Source: a virus. Taken from it: a DNA stretch of 64,000 nucleotides. The notes beneath the pieces are model-generated. The model was not told the DNA's origin, made no database searches, and saw nothing but the letters and a program-made list of their open reading frames with translations. Below are positions 10,292-20,573 of this stretch, piece by piece (position 1 is the first letter of the stretch; each line of letters starts with the position of its first letter). The position numbers and the translations under genes were made by a program. Location: positions 1 through 64,000 of the IMG/VR virus record IMGVR_UViG_3300028563_000016; one strand, given 5' to 3'.

Positions 10292-11029
10292 TCATGTTAA
10301 TTTTGCTTTTGCTTTCGCATATGCATTTAAAAATTTATCATCATTGTAATTAAATTCATTCGTTCCACGAAATAATTCGCAATCGTCAAACCCTTGCAAC
10401 GCAAACATGTGTGGAAATGATTTTACAAATACGGGTAAATTTTGTAATGCACGTAAAATTTTATCCCTTTTGTCAAATTGTCCTTTTAACCCACGATGAA
10501 TTCCATAGTGATATGCTTGAACGTTTGATAACATTGTTGCATGAGAACCCGCAGGAATTAGTGATTCTGGAAAGTTTCTGAAATTATCATGACGCATCGT
10601 CACGTTGTTTTTTGTGCACCTATCAGTGTATAAATTGTCAATTTTCACGTTCCATTCTACTTGCGTAGAATACACGTTCAATCCCATCACGTAATTGTTC
10701 GTCAAGTAATCGTAAAGAGGCGCTTGTAACGATGTGAATGTCTTTGTGTTATCACGCAGTGGAGCTAAATGTAAATTTAATATTTTTGTTGCATCGTCGA
10801 ACACATGATCATGTGCGAGTATTGTGTCAGCGTCGACTTGAATAAAAAAATCGTATTCACATTTTACTATGTTCCACGTTGAATACAATTCTTTTGCTGC
10901 ATCACGTTCTGATTTGTCTTTTACAAGATACTTTGAAACAATTACGTTCTTTTGTTCATCAATGAATTGTTGTGAACAATCAAACTCGTTTTCATTACAG
11001 TACATTGTACCAACAAAAATTTTGAACAT
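10292..11029 (-). CDS. Glycosyltransferase-like (GT-A fold)
   Basis: DxD motif FFIQVDAD. Confidence 0.6.
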   Translation of the reverse strand: MFKIFVGTMYCNENEFDCSQQFIDEQKNVIVSKYLVKDKSERDAAKELYSTWNIVKCEYDFFIQVDADTILAHDHVFDDATKILNLHLAPLRDNTKTFTSLQAPLYDYLTNNYVMGLNVYSTQVEWNVKIDNLYTDRCTKNNVTMRHDNFRNFPESLIPAGSHATMLSNVQAYHYGIHRGLKGQFDKRDKILRALQNLPVFVKSFPHMFALQGFDDCELFRGTNEFNYNDDKFLNAYAKAKAKLT

Positions 11030-11226
11030 AATATTTTATTCACAATGTTATAAAATGACAGCTGGAGGTTTTCAAAGCGACAAACACACGTGAGCAATCT
11101 ACTTGAACCAATGGCATAAACTTTATCATCTTTTATCTGAATCAAACCAACGATGAAACACAATTTCGTCTTCAGATTGAGACAATTTTGCGTTTTTATC
11201 GACCCAATACTGTTTAACATCAATGT

Positions 11227-11490
11227 TCATTCTTCGTATCCAAGTTTTTCGAGTCGTGCAACTTCACGGTTCATGTAAAACTGTGCTTTTTTTGCATCAC
11301 GCAAAGAGGGAGTTTCATCTTTCATTCCCATGCGCCACAAGTATTTGTAAACATTTCCACAATTAAAATTCATGTGTTCTACTATATCAATACACTCAAT
11401 GCCGGATGGGTGCATGTTATAATGTGCAGGATGATTTACGTGCTCTTTTTTTGATAATTTTTTCTTCAACGTACATGATTTCTTACGCAT
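11227..11490 (-). CDS. DUF3310-family phage protein
   Basis: VNHPAHY..ECID..F..GNVYKYLWR..K..D.KKA.FY. Confidence 0.9.
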   Translation of the reverse strand: MRKKSCTLKKKLSKKEHVNHPAHYNMHPSGIECIDIVEHMNFNCGNVYKYLWRMGMKDETPSLRDAKKAQFYMNREVARLEKLGYEE

Positions 11491-11494
11491 GTCA

Positions 11495-12265
11495 TTATTT
11501 TAATTCATCACAAAGTGCTTGTAAATTAACCATGTTAAAATTATTTCCCGCCTGTAAACGAGCACTTGTTTGTTGTGGAAATGTGTGACACACGCCTTTA
11601 TCAATAAAACCAGAAACATACGTCATGTCTTTGTCTGCACAATCATACATGTGTTTTTCAAACATTTGCATAACATGACATGGATTTGGATAACCAATAA
11701 TTCTTTCAAAATCAAACGTTCGCCACAGTGTGGGACGCGATATTGGACGAAAATTTGATTTGTAAAAAGTGTGATTTCCAACGAATTGTTTGTCATAGTG
11801 AACAACGTTTTGGCATCTCACACCGACATGTGACACTGACTCGTGATTTATGTGTTTAGGTGTCGATAAACTATCATAACGTTTAATGTCATTGACATCA
11901 TATTCTGGAAGTCTAATACAGTTTACGTCTGGATTTTTATCCATGTATGACACGGCGTCTGCAACAAACGTTCCATCGTACACGACAAAATCATCGTACA
12001 TGTATGCAAAATATTTACATTTTAACGATTTTGCGCGCAGTAATGCAACGTAATGAGCTACAACATCAACCCATTTGTTATTCGCATTAAAATATTCATA
12101 ACACGTGTTAACAACTGAACGTGTTGGAGCGGCGTTATCAACGACTATGATGTGTGCGTCGTTTATTGTTTTAAGCGATTGATATGATTTTTCCCAAATA
12201 TCAAGTCGCTTAGCACGATTTACGTCTGTCAAGTACGACAACCACGATATGACGATTTTAGACAT
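11495..12265 (-). CDS. Glycosyltransferase-like (GT2/GT-A)
   Basis: IIVVDNA; YFAYMYDDF. Confidence 0.65.
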   Translation of the reverse strand: MSKIVISWLSYLTDVNRAKRLDIWEKSYQSLKTINDAHIIVVDNAAPTRSVVNTCYEYFNANNKWVDVVAHYVALLRAKSLKCKYFAYMYDDFVVYDGTFVADAVSYMDKNPDVNCIRLPEYDVNDIKRYDSLSTPKHINHESVSHVGVRCQNVVHYDKQFVGNHTFYKSNFRPISRPTLWRTFDFERIIGYPNPCHVMQMFEKHMYDCADKDMTYVSGFIDKGVCHTFPQQTSARLQAGNNFNMVNLQALCDELK

Positions 12266-13067
12266 GTGATAACACCGATCCGATAATTGTACTCGACGTC
12301 ATGTATTTTTCCCATGTGTACACACAATATTCGCTTCGAATTTTATAGTCATCACAAACTAAATCGACATAATTTGGCACGTCACCAGGTGTGTATTCAA
12401 TACAACATTCCAATATTTCTTTCTTCCAATACGAAGACGGTGGCACAAGTGATGGAATTCCCAAACACAGCGCTTCGTATGTTCCATGACGTGGACCTAT
12501 GCCATGCGGTTGCAACGTAAAATAAGAATTCATTAGTTCTTGAACGTAATTGTTTGTTCGCAATCCACTCATTTCAACAAACGTATCACCATACGCTGCT
12601 TTCGCTGAATTCACGTCCGCTTTGCGATCGTAAGCGTAGCAAGATGCATATCCGCCAAAGAACGCAACGAGGTGCTCACCACTTAAATTTTCTCGAAAAG
12701 CATGACGATTGTTTATGATGTGTGAGTACGCATCGTAATACGACCACGGAAAACACGTTAATAGCTCGCCTTTTATTTCGTCAATTTTCTCGTAAAAGTG
12801 TTTGCTACACGTCGGTGATAAGTTTGGCTTCACGTAAAAGAATTTTTTGTACCTGTTTCGTGCAGCGATGCACAAATCAAGTCTTTCAGTGCTCTCAACC
12901 TGACTGTCTAACACGCCGTCATGACACTCCCACCAGACTTCACAAGTTGGCATGTCCCACAACATCGTCTTTGCGACTATTTCTTGTCGTTGTTGCCATT
13001 CTTTGGGAATTGATGGTAGGAGATAATTGAAACGATGTGATGAGACGTAACAGATGTTATGCTGCAT
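12258..13067 (-). CDS. Glycosyltransferase-like (GT-B, exostosin/GT47-like C-terminus)
   Basis: Y..EL..S.FTLQPHG.G.RH..YEAL.LGIP. Confidence 0.55.
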   Translation of the reverse strand: MQHNICYVSSHRFNYLLPSIPKEWQQRQEIVAKTMLWDMPTCEVWWECHDGVLDSQVESTERLDLCIAARNRYKKFFYVKPNLSPTCSKHFYEKIDEIKGELLTCFPWSYYDAYSHIINNRHAFRENLSGEHLVAFFGGYASCYAYDRKADVNSAKAAYGDTFVEMSGLRTNNYVQELMNSYFTLQPHGIGPRHGTYEALCLGIPSLVPPSSYWKKEILECCIEYTPGDVPNYVDLVCDDYKIRSEYCVYTWEKYMTSSTIIGSVLSHV

Positions 13068-13113
13068 TATTTTTAATTTAATTTATTATCGTAATTTTGT
13101 ATACATATAACAC

Positions 13114-14230
13114 ATGATTATTTCGATATCTAATGTTGAACTATCTGGCACATTGACTGGTGATTTTAATGACACAACCACATTTCCAAAATATGATTTG
13201 CCATCAACAAACATTGTAATTTCTGCATCAATGGGTACTGATTTTTATCTTAACAAAGGATACGTTAACAACATCAAGTTATGTAACAATTTTGCCAATT
13301 GGATCGCTTGATAAACAAATAATTTCATTTTTAATCAATGACACAACGTATCAATATGACATTATCAATTCCGGAACGTTAAACACGAACACACTTTTTA
13401 GTAGTCATGTCAATGCACCCGTGAAAGTTGACGTTCAATTTAACGGAACTGACTGGGAATTAAATTCGTTTAAAAATTTATCATATACAAATTATACTGC
13501 ACCTTCAATTGATCCTACAAGTATTTCAGGACTTGTTCATTGGTATCGTTCAGATCAACTTGTTACATATGATGAAAATGGTATATCGTCATGGGACGAT
13601 CTTATTGGAAATGCAAACGGAATTCAAACAAATAACAACAATAAACCAACGTTTTATTCGTCATCAAGTTTAAATGGCCATCCAAAAATTAGATTTGGAG
13701 AAGGAACACCAATTATTAATCAATCGACAATGGACGCTTTAAATTTTTCAATAACATTAGCACAACCATATACAATTATTTTAGTTTGGCAAAGATGGAA
13801 TGATGTTGGATATAATAATAATGATGGTAGCACGGTACATTGGTCTATAATCGGCAGTTCAACTGGAGACATTGCATTACAAGAATATACCGACGTTCAT
13901 ACACGATGGAATTGTGGTGCAAATCTAACATATTCTTCATATTTAAATGATGCATATGATGTAGGTATTGACACATTTGGTGTAACAACACTCATTGGAA
14001 ATGGAACGTTATCAAAAATCATCAATAATGGAACAATACTTGCAACTGGTGATGCTGGAAATGCTGCATTTAATGGCTCAACTTATGCATTAAGTCTTGG
14101 TTCAAGAGGTGACGTATGGGGATGTAGTTACATTGACGCTGTTGAGATGTGTATTTTCAATAAATCATTAAATGATGCTGAAATTAGTGTATTACAACAA
14201 AATTACTTTCATGTTCGTTATGGCATCTAA
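13114..14230 (+). pseudogene. LamG/concanavalin-like lectin-domain protein split by a frameshift (ORFs 13114..13311 and 13292..14230)
   Basis: GLVHWYRSD..SSWDDLIGN and E..IFNKSL..EI..L..Y...YGI; the second frame is open from 13220, and removing one T at 13242-13246 fuses the ORFs into 371 aa. Confidence 0.65.
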
Positions 14231-15129
14231 TATCTGATAATAGATTTATAATATTTTTTTTCATATCATGATATTTCATTAAACATGATGTATAACGTAC
14301 AATTCTATTTTCATATTCTCGTAAACCAACATCAATTACATCACATAATTCTTTAAATGAAAACAATTGATTGTCTTCACCAATTACAATCATTGATTTT
14401 TTCATTTCGTTTTCCATATATGAGGGAACATCTCCGACAGGAAGACACCATGACATACCAAATTCTGCATATTTTGGTACAAATCTATCCCTCCACCCAG
14501 CTTTACACACACTGCCTAATTTACATTGATCTAATATTTCAAAATATTTTTCACCAAAAACTTGATGTGTTGCTTCAGAAATTGAATTTCCTGGATGTAA
14601 TATTACGCCCACCTTGTATCCATTATACCTTTTTTTTTTGTAAACTAAACAAATTAAATATCTGTGTACGAACAGGATACGCAACATTGTCAAGTTGACC
14701 AGAAATCAAAATATCGTATTTTTTTTCTTTCCGTGGGCGTAATGATTTAATTGATAATGGACATTTTAAAACATGTAATCCATGACTTTGTAAATCTTCA
14801 ATGTTTCGCTTTGAAGGAAACGTTATTATGACATTTTTACAGTCAATTTGATTCAAAAGCTCATAAACTGTTCGAAATAATATTCCATCACTTTTACTTT
14901 CGTCTATGACGTAGATGTATTTATGACATTGTAAATTACGTAATTTTTCCTTTGAAGATTGATGTTCAAATGAAATAAAGACAACAATTGTGTCAGAATC
15001 ATTGAAATTTAATTCATTAAATTCTTTTTCAGAAAGAATTTTAACACCATTTATTATCAATTCTTCAAATAATCCGTTAAAATTCCAAATATAATTAAAT
15101 TGATTGTCTTTGTGAATAAAATATATCAT
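14184..15129 (-). pseudogene. Glycosyltransferase-like gene interrupted at an A10 tract
   Basis: KKYDILISG..YPVR in the upstream ORF and LHPG..Y.E.L....FVPKY.E in the downstream ORF; A9 instead of A10 at 14630-14639 gives a 314-aa protein. Confidence 0.7.
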
Positions 15130-15572
15130 TTTACAACTTCTATATTTGAATAATAACCTTTGGTGATGTTTGCGACACCATGAATTATGGCATTTTCTAC
15201 AATCAATCCACAACTAATATGTGCATTGCCACCAATTACCGCATTCGCGCCAATGTAGCCTCCATATACTTTTGCATTTGTTGAAATTCTTGCATTTTCT
15301 ACAACGATTGCAAATCCAAAAACTTGTCCGCAATTGTACACCCACACATGTCCACGAAGAACTGCTTGACCATACACTTTTGCGTCACAATTGACGACAA
15401 CGTGATCTTCGACGATCGCTTCATCAAACACTAACACATTCCTGCCAACGAATGCTGTTTTTGCAACGTATGCAGTGTCAGCAACCCATCCACCAAGAAT
15501 TCCTGATTTCACATGTCGATGTGCACGAACAAGTCCGTGTCCATCACCAAAATCGTAAAAACATTGTGTCAT
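15126..15572 (-). CDS. Hexapeptide-repeat (left-handed beta-helix) protein
   Basis: Repeated A.V.G.A.V hexads after GGWVA. Confidence 0.8.
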   Translation of the reverse strand: MTQCFYDFGDGHGLVRAHRHVKSGILGGWVADTAYVAKTAFVGRNVLVFDEAIVEDHVVVNCDAKVYGQAVLRGHVWVYNCGQVFGFAIVVENARISTNAKVYGGYIGANAVIGGNAHISCGLIVENAIIHGVANITKGYYSNIEVVK

Positions 15573-15578
15573 AATTTC

Positions 15579-16541
15579 CTAAATCGATTGTAATAACGTG
15601 CGGTACTTTTCAAACCCGCGTGGTATTTTCCAATCGTCAGGAACGACAGGAATTGTGGGAACACACTGCAATAAGTTCGTTGATATCGCGCTTTGTGGCA
15701 ACACATCTTCAGCGATTCCAACGGGAGTAGAAATTGTCGGAACTTCACATAACGAAGTTTCCAACAAAGCTTGCGGCCCACCTTCATAACGAGCAGAAAC
15801 TACGTATAAATCTAAACAATTGTATAGCTCATTGATTGTTTCAATCTTTGGTAGCTCGATGTACGTATATGGTATGTTTGCAAATTGTAAACGATTAATC
15901 ACATATTGGCGCCGCCAACCTGCAAGTAACACATGAACGTTTGGATGAACTATTGCTTGCGATATCACATAGTCACAAAATGTGTCAGGACCTTTTTCCC
16001 ACTTTCCGGTGAAATCTCCTGACGCTATCGAAGAACCTTCGGTATCTCGTTGAAAACTGCCTATAACGTATGCGTCGTGTGGAACGTTATATTTTTGACG
16101 AAGAGAAAGTTTTTCATCAATGGGTTTAAACAAAAATTGATTTGCCCAATAAGGCAGCACATGTACGTCTTTTTTGGGAAGTTTGAGATTTTCTTGAATT
16201 TCTTTTACTTGCTCTAACGTGTGACGATTGAAAACGTGATACGCATGAGTGAATTTGTCACGAGCAATAAAATCAAGAGCTTCTGCTCTTCCAAATTTAG
16301 TGGGTACAATATGGTGTATTGTTGTTAAAACTCGCTTGTTAACAAGAAGTCCTGCGCGCGCAAGACCATACCAACACCAATCTGCAAGTAAACAAATTAT
16401 ATCTGCTTGTGCTGGACTTGGGACACACATATCTTGATTTCCTTCAAAAAACTCGCGTGACATGCGATCACATATCCAATTTTCATTTGACGGCAAAACG
16501 TAAACTTTTTTATATGCGTGAAAGTGCTGCATTTTCATCAT
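15579..16541 (-). CDS. Glycosyltransferase, GT-B/GT4-like
   Basis: IGSFQRDTEG, EKGPD and LYNCLDLYVVSARYEGGPQALLE. Confidence 0.9.
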   Translation of the reverse strand: MMKMQHFHAYKKVYVLPSNENWICDRMSREFFEGNQDMCVPSPAQADIICLLADWCWYGLARAGLLVNKRVLTTIHHIVPTKFGRAEALDFIARDKFTHAYHVFNRHTLEQVKEIQENLKLPKKDVHVLPYWANQFLFKPIDEKLSLRQKYNVPHDAYVIGSFQRDTEGSSIASGDFTGKWEKGPDTFCDYVISQAIVHPNVHVLLAGWRRQYVINRLQFANIPYTYIELPKIETINELYNCLDLYVVSARYEGGPQALLETSLCEVPTISTPVGIAEDVLPQSAISTNLLQCVPTIPVVPDDWKIPRGFEKYRTLLQSI

Positions 16542-17148
16542 CCTTTAATTCACGATCAGTAATTCTGATAAGACGTAATTCTTTTAGAGTAAAATATGCG
16601 TCACATAATCTATCACGATCATATTTTGATTTTTATGGACCTGTACAAAGTTGTTCATATGGTCTGTCAAGACCATGCCAATATAATCCATCAAGCTGTA
16701 CATATGTATTACAACTTTTTACATAAAAATCAATACGATAATTATTTACACTTATGTGATGTATTACGTCTTCACAACCAAAACGTTGTATTAAAAGTTC
16801 ATAAAGTCTTTCTTCAGGTCTTGAAGACCACAATTTACCGTTACGTCTAATTGTTTCAAATCGTTTTTTTACCGCGGCGGGTGAATTTGAACGTACACTT
16901 GTTTTCTTTGCAGCACATGAACGACATGTCATATACCCGGATTGTGTTGATCGTTTTACGTTACGAATAATACCACATTCTAAACACGTGACAGTTTTTC
17001 TTGATCGTTGTGAATTTAAAATTCTTTTAGAACAACTTCTACATTTTCTTTGTACTTGAACGCCTAATTTAAAATCAATTTTTTCTTGTTTAAACAAGTA
17101 TTTTACTTCTCTGGAAGAGTTACAAACATCACAATATACGATATGCAT
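16510..17148 (-). pseudogene. Zn-ribbon PD-(D/E)xK (Vsr/DUF559-like) homing endonuclease with an internal TAA
   Basis: SRPE, IDFY and YVQLDGLYWHG; the frame continues past TAA 16633-16635 as KSKYDRDRLCDAYF..LRLIRITD to a stop at 16510. Confidence 0.75.
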
Positions 17149-17162
17149 ATTAACTTTACTTT

Positions 17163-17378
17163 CTACATCACCAAATCGTACACGTTATACTTTCCAAATT
17201 CGTTTTCACGTTCTTCAACAAACTTTAAATCTTGACTTGCATAAACATGAGCCACATTTCCGAGTTCAGTTTTACAAAAAGAATATTGACCATCACAATG
17301 TCTGAACCAGACATATGTTGAACCATCGGTTGTCAAACAGTTTATCATCGAATTCTGTGGAATTTCATATAGTTTCAT
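17163..17378 (-). CDS. Hypothetical protein
   Basis: 71-aa ORF in the co-directional run. Confidence 0.5.
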   Translation of the reverse strand: MKLYEIPQNSMINCLTTDGSTYVWFRHCDGQYSFCKTELGNVAHVYASQDLKFVEERENEFGKYNVYDLVM

Positions 17379-17403
17379 GATGTTTCATCGTAATACACAC
17401 GTA

Positions 17404-17853
17404 TCAAACGTTACACACTATATTCGTCTTGTCGTTAATTTTTTGAATTATCTTTCGTAAGTCACTTGGTAATATGTTCATGAAATCAACAATTTCAATG
17501 TCTTTTGCGTCTTTGCACCTTATAACCATATCATTCGTGCCTTTACACTCTTCTAAATTCTTCGGGTAAACAAAGTAGACGCACATGTCGACGGGATTTG
17601 AAATAACGTGTTCGCGCTCTAACATTTTAATGTTTCTCAAAATTCCCGCAGCGTGGTTGTGGATTGTCCAACTTGCAGGATAATCACGAACTGTCATGCC
17701 CATCATCTTTGCGCACTCGCTCGCAAGTTTATCTGCGCCTCGGCAGTAACCCGTTATGACTGTCGTACACTTGCATTTCGGGAAGTAATCAAGAAAATTG
17801 ATGATGTAATCTTCGTAACTGAAATCGCGACTTCCACAAACGAGAATTTTCAT
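17404..17853 (-). CDS. YspA/DUF2493 SLOG-family protein
   Basis: KILVCGSRDF, ITG..RGAD, AG..RN..ML and KGT.DM. Confidence 0.85.
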   Translation of the reverse strand: MKILVCGSRDFSYEDYIINFLDYFPKCKCTTVITGYCRGADKLASECAKMMGMTVRDYPASWTIHNHAAGILRNIKMLEREHVISNPVDMCVYFVYPKNLEECKGTNDMVIRCKDAKDIEIVDFMNILPSDLRKIIQKINDKTNIVCNV

Positions 17854-17932
17854 TTTTTATTCTTTCGAAAAAATATTTCAATGTGATTAGCAGAAAATAA
17901 AAGTAACACAATGATTACACAAAAAACATTTA

Positions 17933-19615
17933 TCATTTTGTCTCTCGCTTTGTCACAATAATTCTAAATTCTGGAAAATACAACGCGTCGATGTCTGTCC
18001 CAAGAAAACACCTAACGGCGTCATCTGGGCTGTCTACGATGGGTGAACGATCATTTTGGCTCGTGTTTAGTAGAATTGGCACTCCTGACTTTTGCTCCCA
18101 CAACGTCAAGAATTTGTGCCAAAATGGATTTGTTTCTTTTTCGACCGTTTGAAGCCTTGCTGTTCCGTCGACATGAATTACAGCAGGAATTAAATTTCTC
18201 TTTTCTTCTTTTACATTTGCCGTAAATCCCATGTATGGACTATCAATTGTGCCTTCAAACCACTCATTTGCTTTTTCTTTTAATACACTCGGAGCAAACG
18301 GGCGGAACGCTTGACGATGTTTCACCTTCTCATTTATCAAATCCTTCATCGACAAGCTTCGTGGATCAGCTACGATAGACCGATTTCCCAAAGCCCTTCG
18401 TCCACACTCTGATCGTCCTTGAAAAATTGACACAATCTTTTGATCGAGCAACATGTCTATCACAAGATCGTCAGTTGTTCTATTAAACTTCAACACGCCT
18501 TTGCTTACTGTACAGCAATTTGCTTTAGTTCGTAGTACATGTGAATTTACCTCAACTTTGTCTTTATAAAAGTCTAAGGCCTTCAACACATCGCTTTCAG
18601 TGTAGCTATTTCCCATGTAAGGTGAGAACGAGTGCGATGTGTAGATGCGTGGGTTGTCAAGGATGTGGTGCCAATGATACGAGCAACATCCCAAACACAG
18701 TCCCCCATCATAGGGCACCGGCGGCACGAACACGTTCTTCACGTTCGGAAACCATTTTTGTATCTTGCCTGTCATCAACGAGTTCAATGCAACACCGCCG
18801 CTGACACAGACGTTTTCAACTTTTTCTACGCCTGCATGTAACATGATATTGTAGATGTACTCTTCGGTTGCAAGTTGAAGCGAGGCTGCGATGTTACACG
18901 TCTCTTCGAACGAAGACTTTGCGATGTATTCAAACTTTCCTATGTATGGGTGTTTTGGTGAACGTGGATCTTTTGCACTCATCCCTTTCACGTGACCCTC
19001 AGGAGCCTGGCACACGCGTCGATTGGTTTCTCCATTGAACCACGTGCGAATTTCACCGATGTACTTCTGTGAATCACCGAATGCGGCAAGCGCCATCACT
19101 GTGCCGCAGCAATTTCCCTGCGGGAAGCCTGATTCTAAGCGAAATATGAAACGCGTTGCACGTGACCATACTGTCCCAACGTTCACACCCGGGAAGTGTC
19201 CGACAAAATCTATTTTGTTGTCGTGTCCATGATACACGCCAGTGGTGATTTCATTTCCATGCTCATCGTCTATGCCACCGCCATCAATTGTAAAAATCAG
19301 TGCGTCCTTCATCTGTGATGAGTAAAATGCATGCGCAGCGTGAGCCAAGTGATGTGAGTACAGGTGAACTTTGTCTATTCCTATCGTGTCGAGCACGCTT
19401 GTGATGTGTATGTCACGTGACAGGTGTTGCGGGTAGCATGACACTGCGACGTCAGGCTTCACGAACTCACGCTCGAACATGTACGCGTGAATGGGATTTC
19501 CCATGGGCTCTTTCGTACGTAGAACTCTTTCGAGCTCAACGTGCTTCGTGACGATGCCATCTTCGAGCGTGCACCAGGACGCATCGTGATGGTGATGATA
19601 GCCAATGATCTTCAT
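17933..19615 (-). CDS. Carbamoyltransferase (NodU/CmcH/TobZ family)
   Basis: HDAS, HHLAHAAHAF, IDGGG, SGGVALNS, GRRALGNRS, FRPFAPS, HVDGTARLQTV and LLNTS; likely start MKIIG. Confidence 0.95.
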   Translation of the reverse strand: MKIIGYHHHHDASWCTLEDGIVTKHVELERVLRTKEPMGNPIHAYMFEREFVKPDVAVSCYPQHLSRDIHITSVLDTIGIDKVHLYSHHLAHAAHAFYSSQMKDALIFTIDGGGIDDEHGNEITTGVYHGHDNKIDFVGHFPGVNVGTVWSRATRFIFRLESGFPQGNCCGTVMALAAFGDSQKYIGEIRTWFNGETNRRVCQAPEGHVKGMSAKDPRSPKHPYIGKFEYIAKSSFEETCNIAASLQLATEEYIYNIMLHAGVEKVENVCVSGGVALNSLMTGKIQKWFPNVKNVFVPPVPYDGGLCLGCCSYHWHHILDNPRIYTSHSFSPYMGNSYTESDVLKALDFYKDKVEVNSHVLRTKANCCTVSKGVLKFNRTTDDLVIDMLLDQKIVSIFQGRSECGRRALGNRSIVADPRSLSMKDLINEKVKHRQAFRPFAPSVLKEKANEWFEGTIDSPYMGFTANVKEEKRNLIPAVIHVDGTARLQTVEKETNPFWHKFLTLWEQKSGVPILLNTSQNDRSPIVDSPDDAVRCFLGTDIDALYFPEFRIIVTKRETK

Positions 19616-19632
19616 ATGAGTAATATAATAAT

Positions 19633-19866
19633 TCACCGACGCAACACGTATTGCATTGATTCTTGAGCCTCTTTCCATTTAACCCAAAACTTTGACGAAC
19701 GAGTTGCTTCACACTCAGGACATGTAAAAGACACGCGATTGTTGTAAACAGTAACTTTCCACCCAACGGGACAACAAAGTTCTAATACACTTTCATTTTC
19801 AGCTTCGACAGTTCCTGGAACAAAATGTGCGCCGCACTCTGCACATGAAATTGTAAATATTACCAT
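19633..19866 (-). CDS. Small Zn-ribbon protein
   Basis: CAECG and CPEC. Confidence 0.5.
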   Translation of the reverse strand: MVIFTISCAECGAHFVPGTVEAENESVLELCCPVGWKVTVYNNRVSFTCPECEATRSSKFWVKWKEAQESMQYVLRR

Positions 19867-20555
19867 GTCTGCTCCTGATTATATAGCTTTCTGAAGTCTT
19901 TTTGTTGAATGAAATACGTGCATGGAAATTCACCCAACGTTAAAACTCCCCAACCTGTCACAGACCTCGTCTTGTGACCTCGCCACGGGTGATGCCAAAT
20001 CGTTTTGTAATTTAAACGCAGAACAGTTCCAAACTCAACCATTCGTTTTACGTCAGTGTGATCTCGTGAGCAGAAAAAATTATCTGCTCCCGCGGGATTT
20101 GTGACGACGACGAGTGAACTATCAAACCGTTCGTATTTGTTATGTGTTGATAACAAATGAATTTCGTCTCGTAATTCACTCACTCGTTCCGGTAACCCAT
20201 GTGTCAACGATTTGAATAAGTCGGATGAAATTACGGGATACAATATTGAATCATAGTCATCAGGGCGCGTATGTAAAATATTTTCTTGATAAAGAAAGTG
20301 TGTTTCAACCCCGTTATATGGATCAATGCCTGACTTTTCACGTATTTCTTGTGAACAAATACAGTTTCCTAAAGGTTTACCCGTCTTGTCATAGAATTTT
20401 CCAAGCCCAAAACAAACTTTACACCCATTGTTTTCAACAAACCTCTTGTGAAGAAGTCTCGCAACGTAGTTGTGACTGTTCAAAATCAGTCGCTTCACGT
20501 TTTTGAGTTCCTGTTTTTTCTGTTTCAGGACGTCGTCGATTGTGGTGAGATCCAT
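19860..20555 (-). CDS. Hypothetical protein with CxxCxGxG motif
   Basis: CKVCFGLG..C.C. Confidence 0.55.
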   Translation of the reverse strand: MDLTTIDDVLKQKKQELKNVKRLILNSHNYVARLLHKRFVENNGCKVCFGLGKFYDKTGKPLGNCICSQEIREKSGIDPYNGVETHFLYQENILHTRPDDYDSILYPVISSDLFKSLTHGLPERVSELRDEIHLLSTHNKYERFDSSLVVVTNPAGADNFFCSRDHTDVKRMVEFGTVLRLNYKTIWHHPWRGHKTRSVTGWGVLTLGEFPCTYFIQQKDFRKLYNQEQTW

Positions 20556-20573
20556 TTGTCAATAAACAAATTA

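Noticed and set aside
13292-14230. Diversity-generating retroelement target
   Set aside because: No reverse transcriptase or template/variable repeat pair seen in the window
16633-16635. Stop-codon reassignment (alternative genetic code)
   Set aside because: Only one in-frame TAA was seen; TAA, TGA and TAG all end intact genes, and long ORFs are complete in code 11
18480-18550. Short insertion in the carbamoyltransferase linker as an intron or intein remnant
   Set aside because: It is in frame, lacks splice or intein motifs, and lies in a variable interdomain linker
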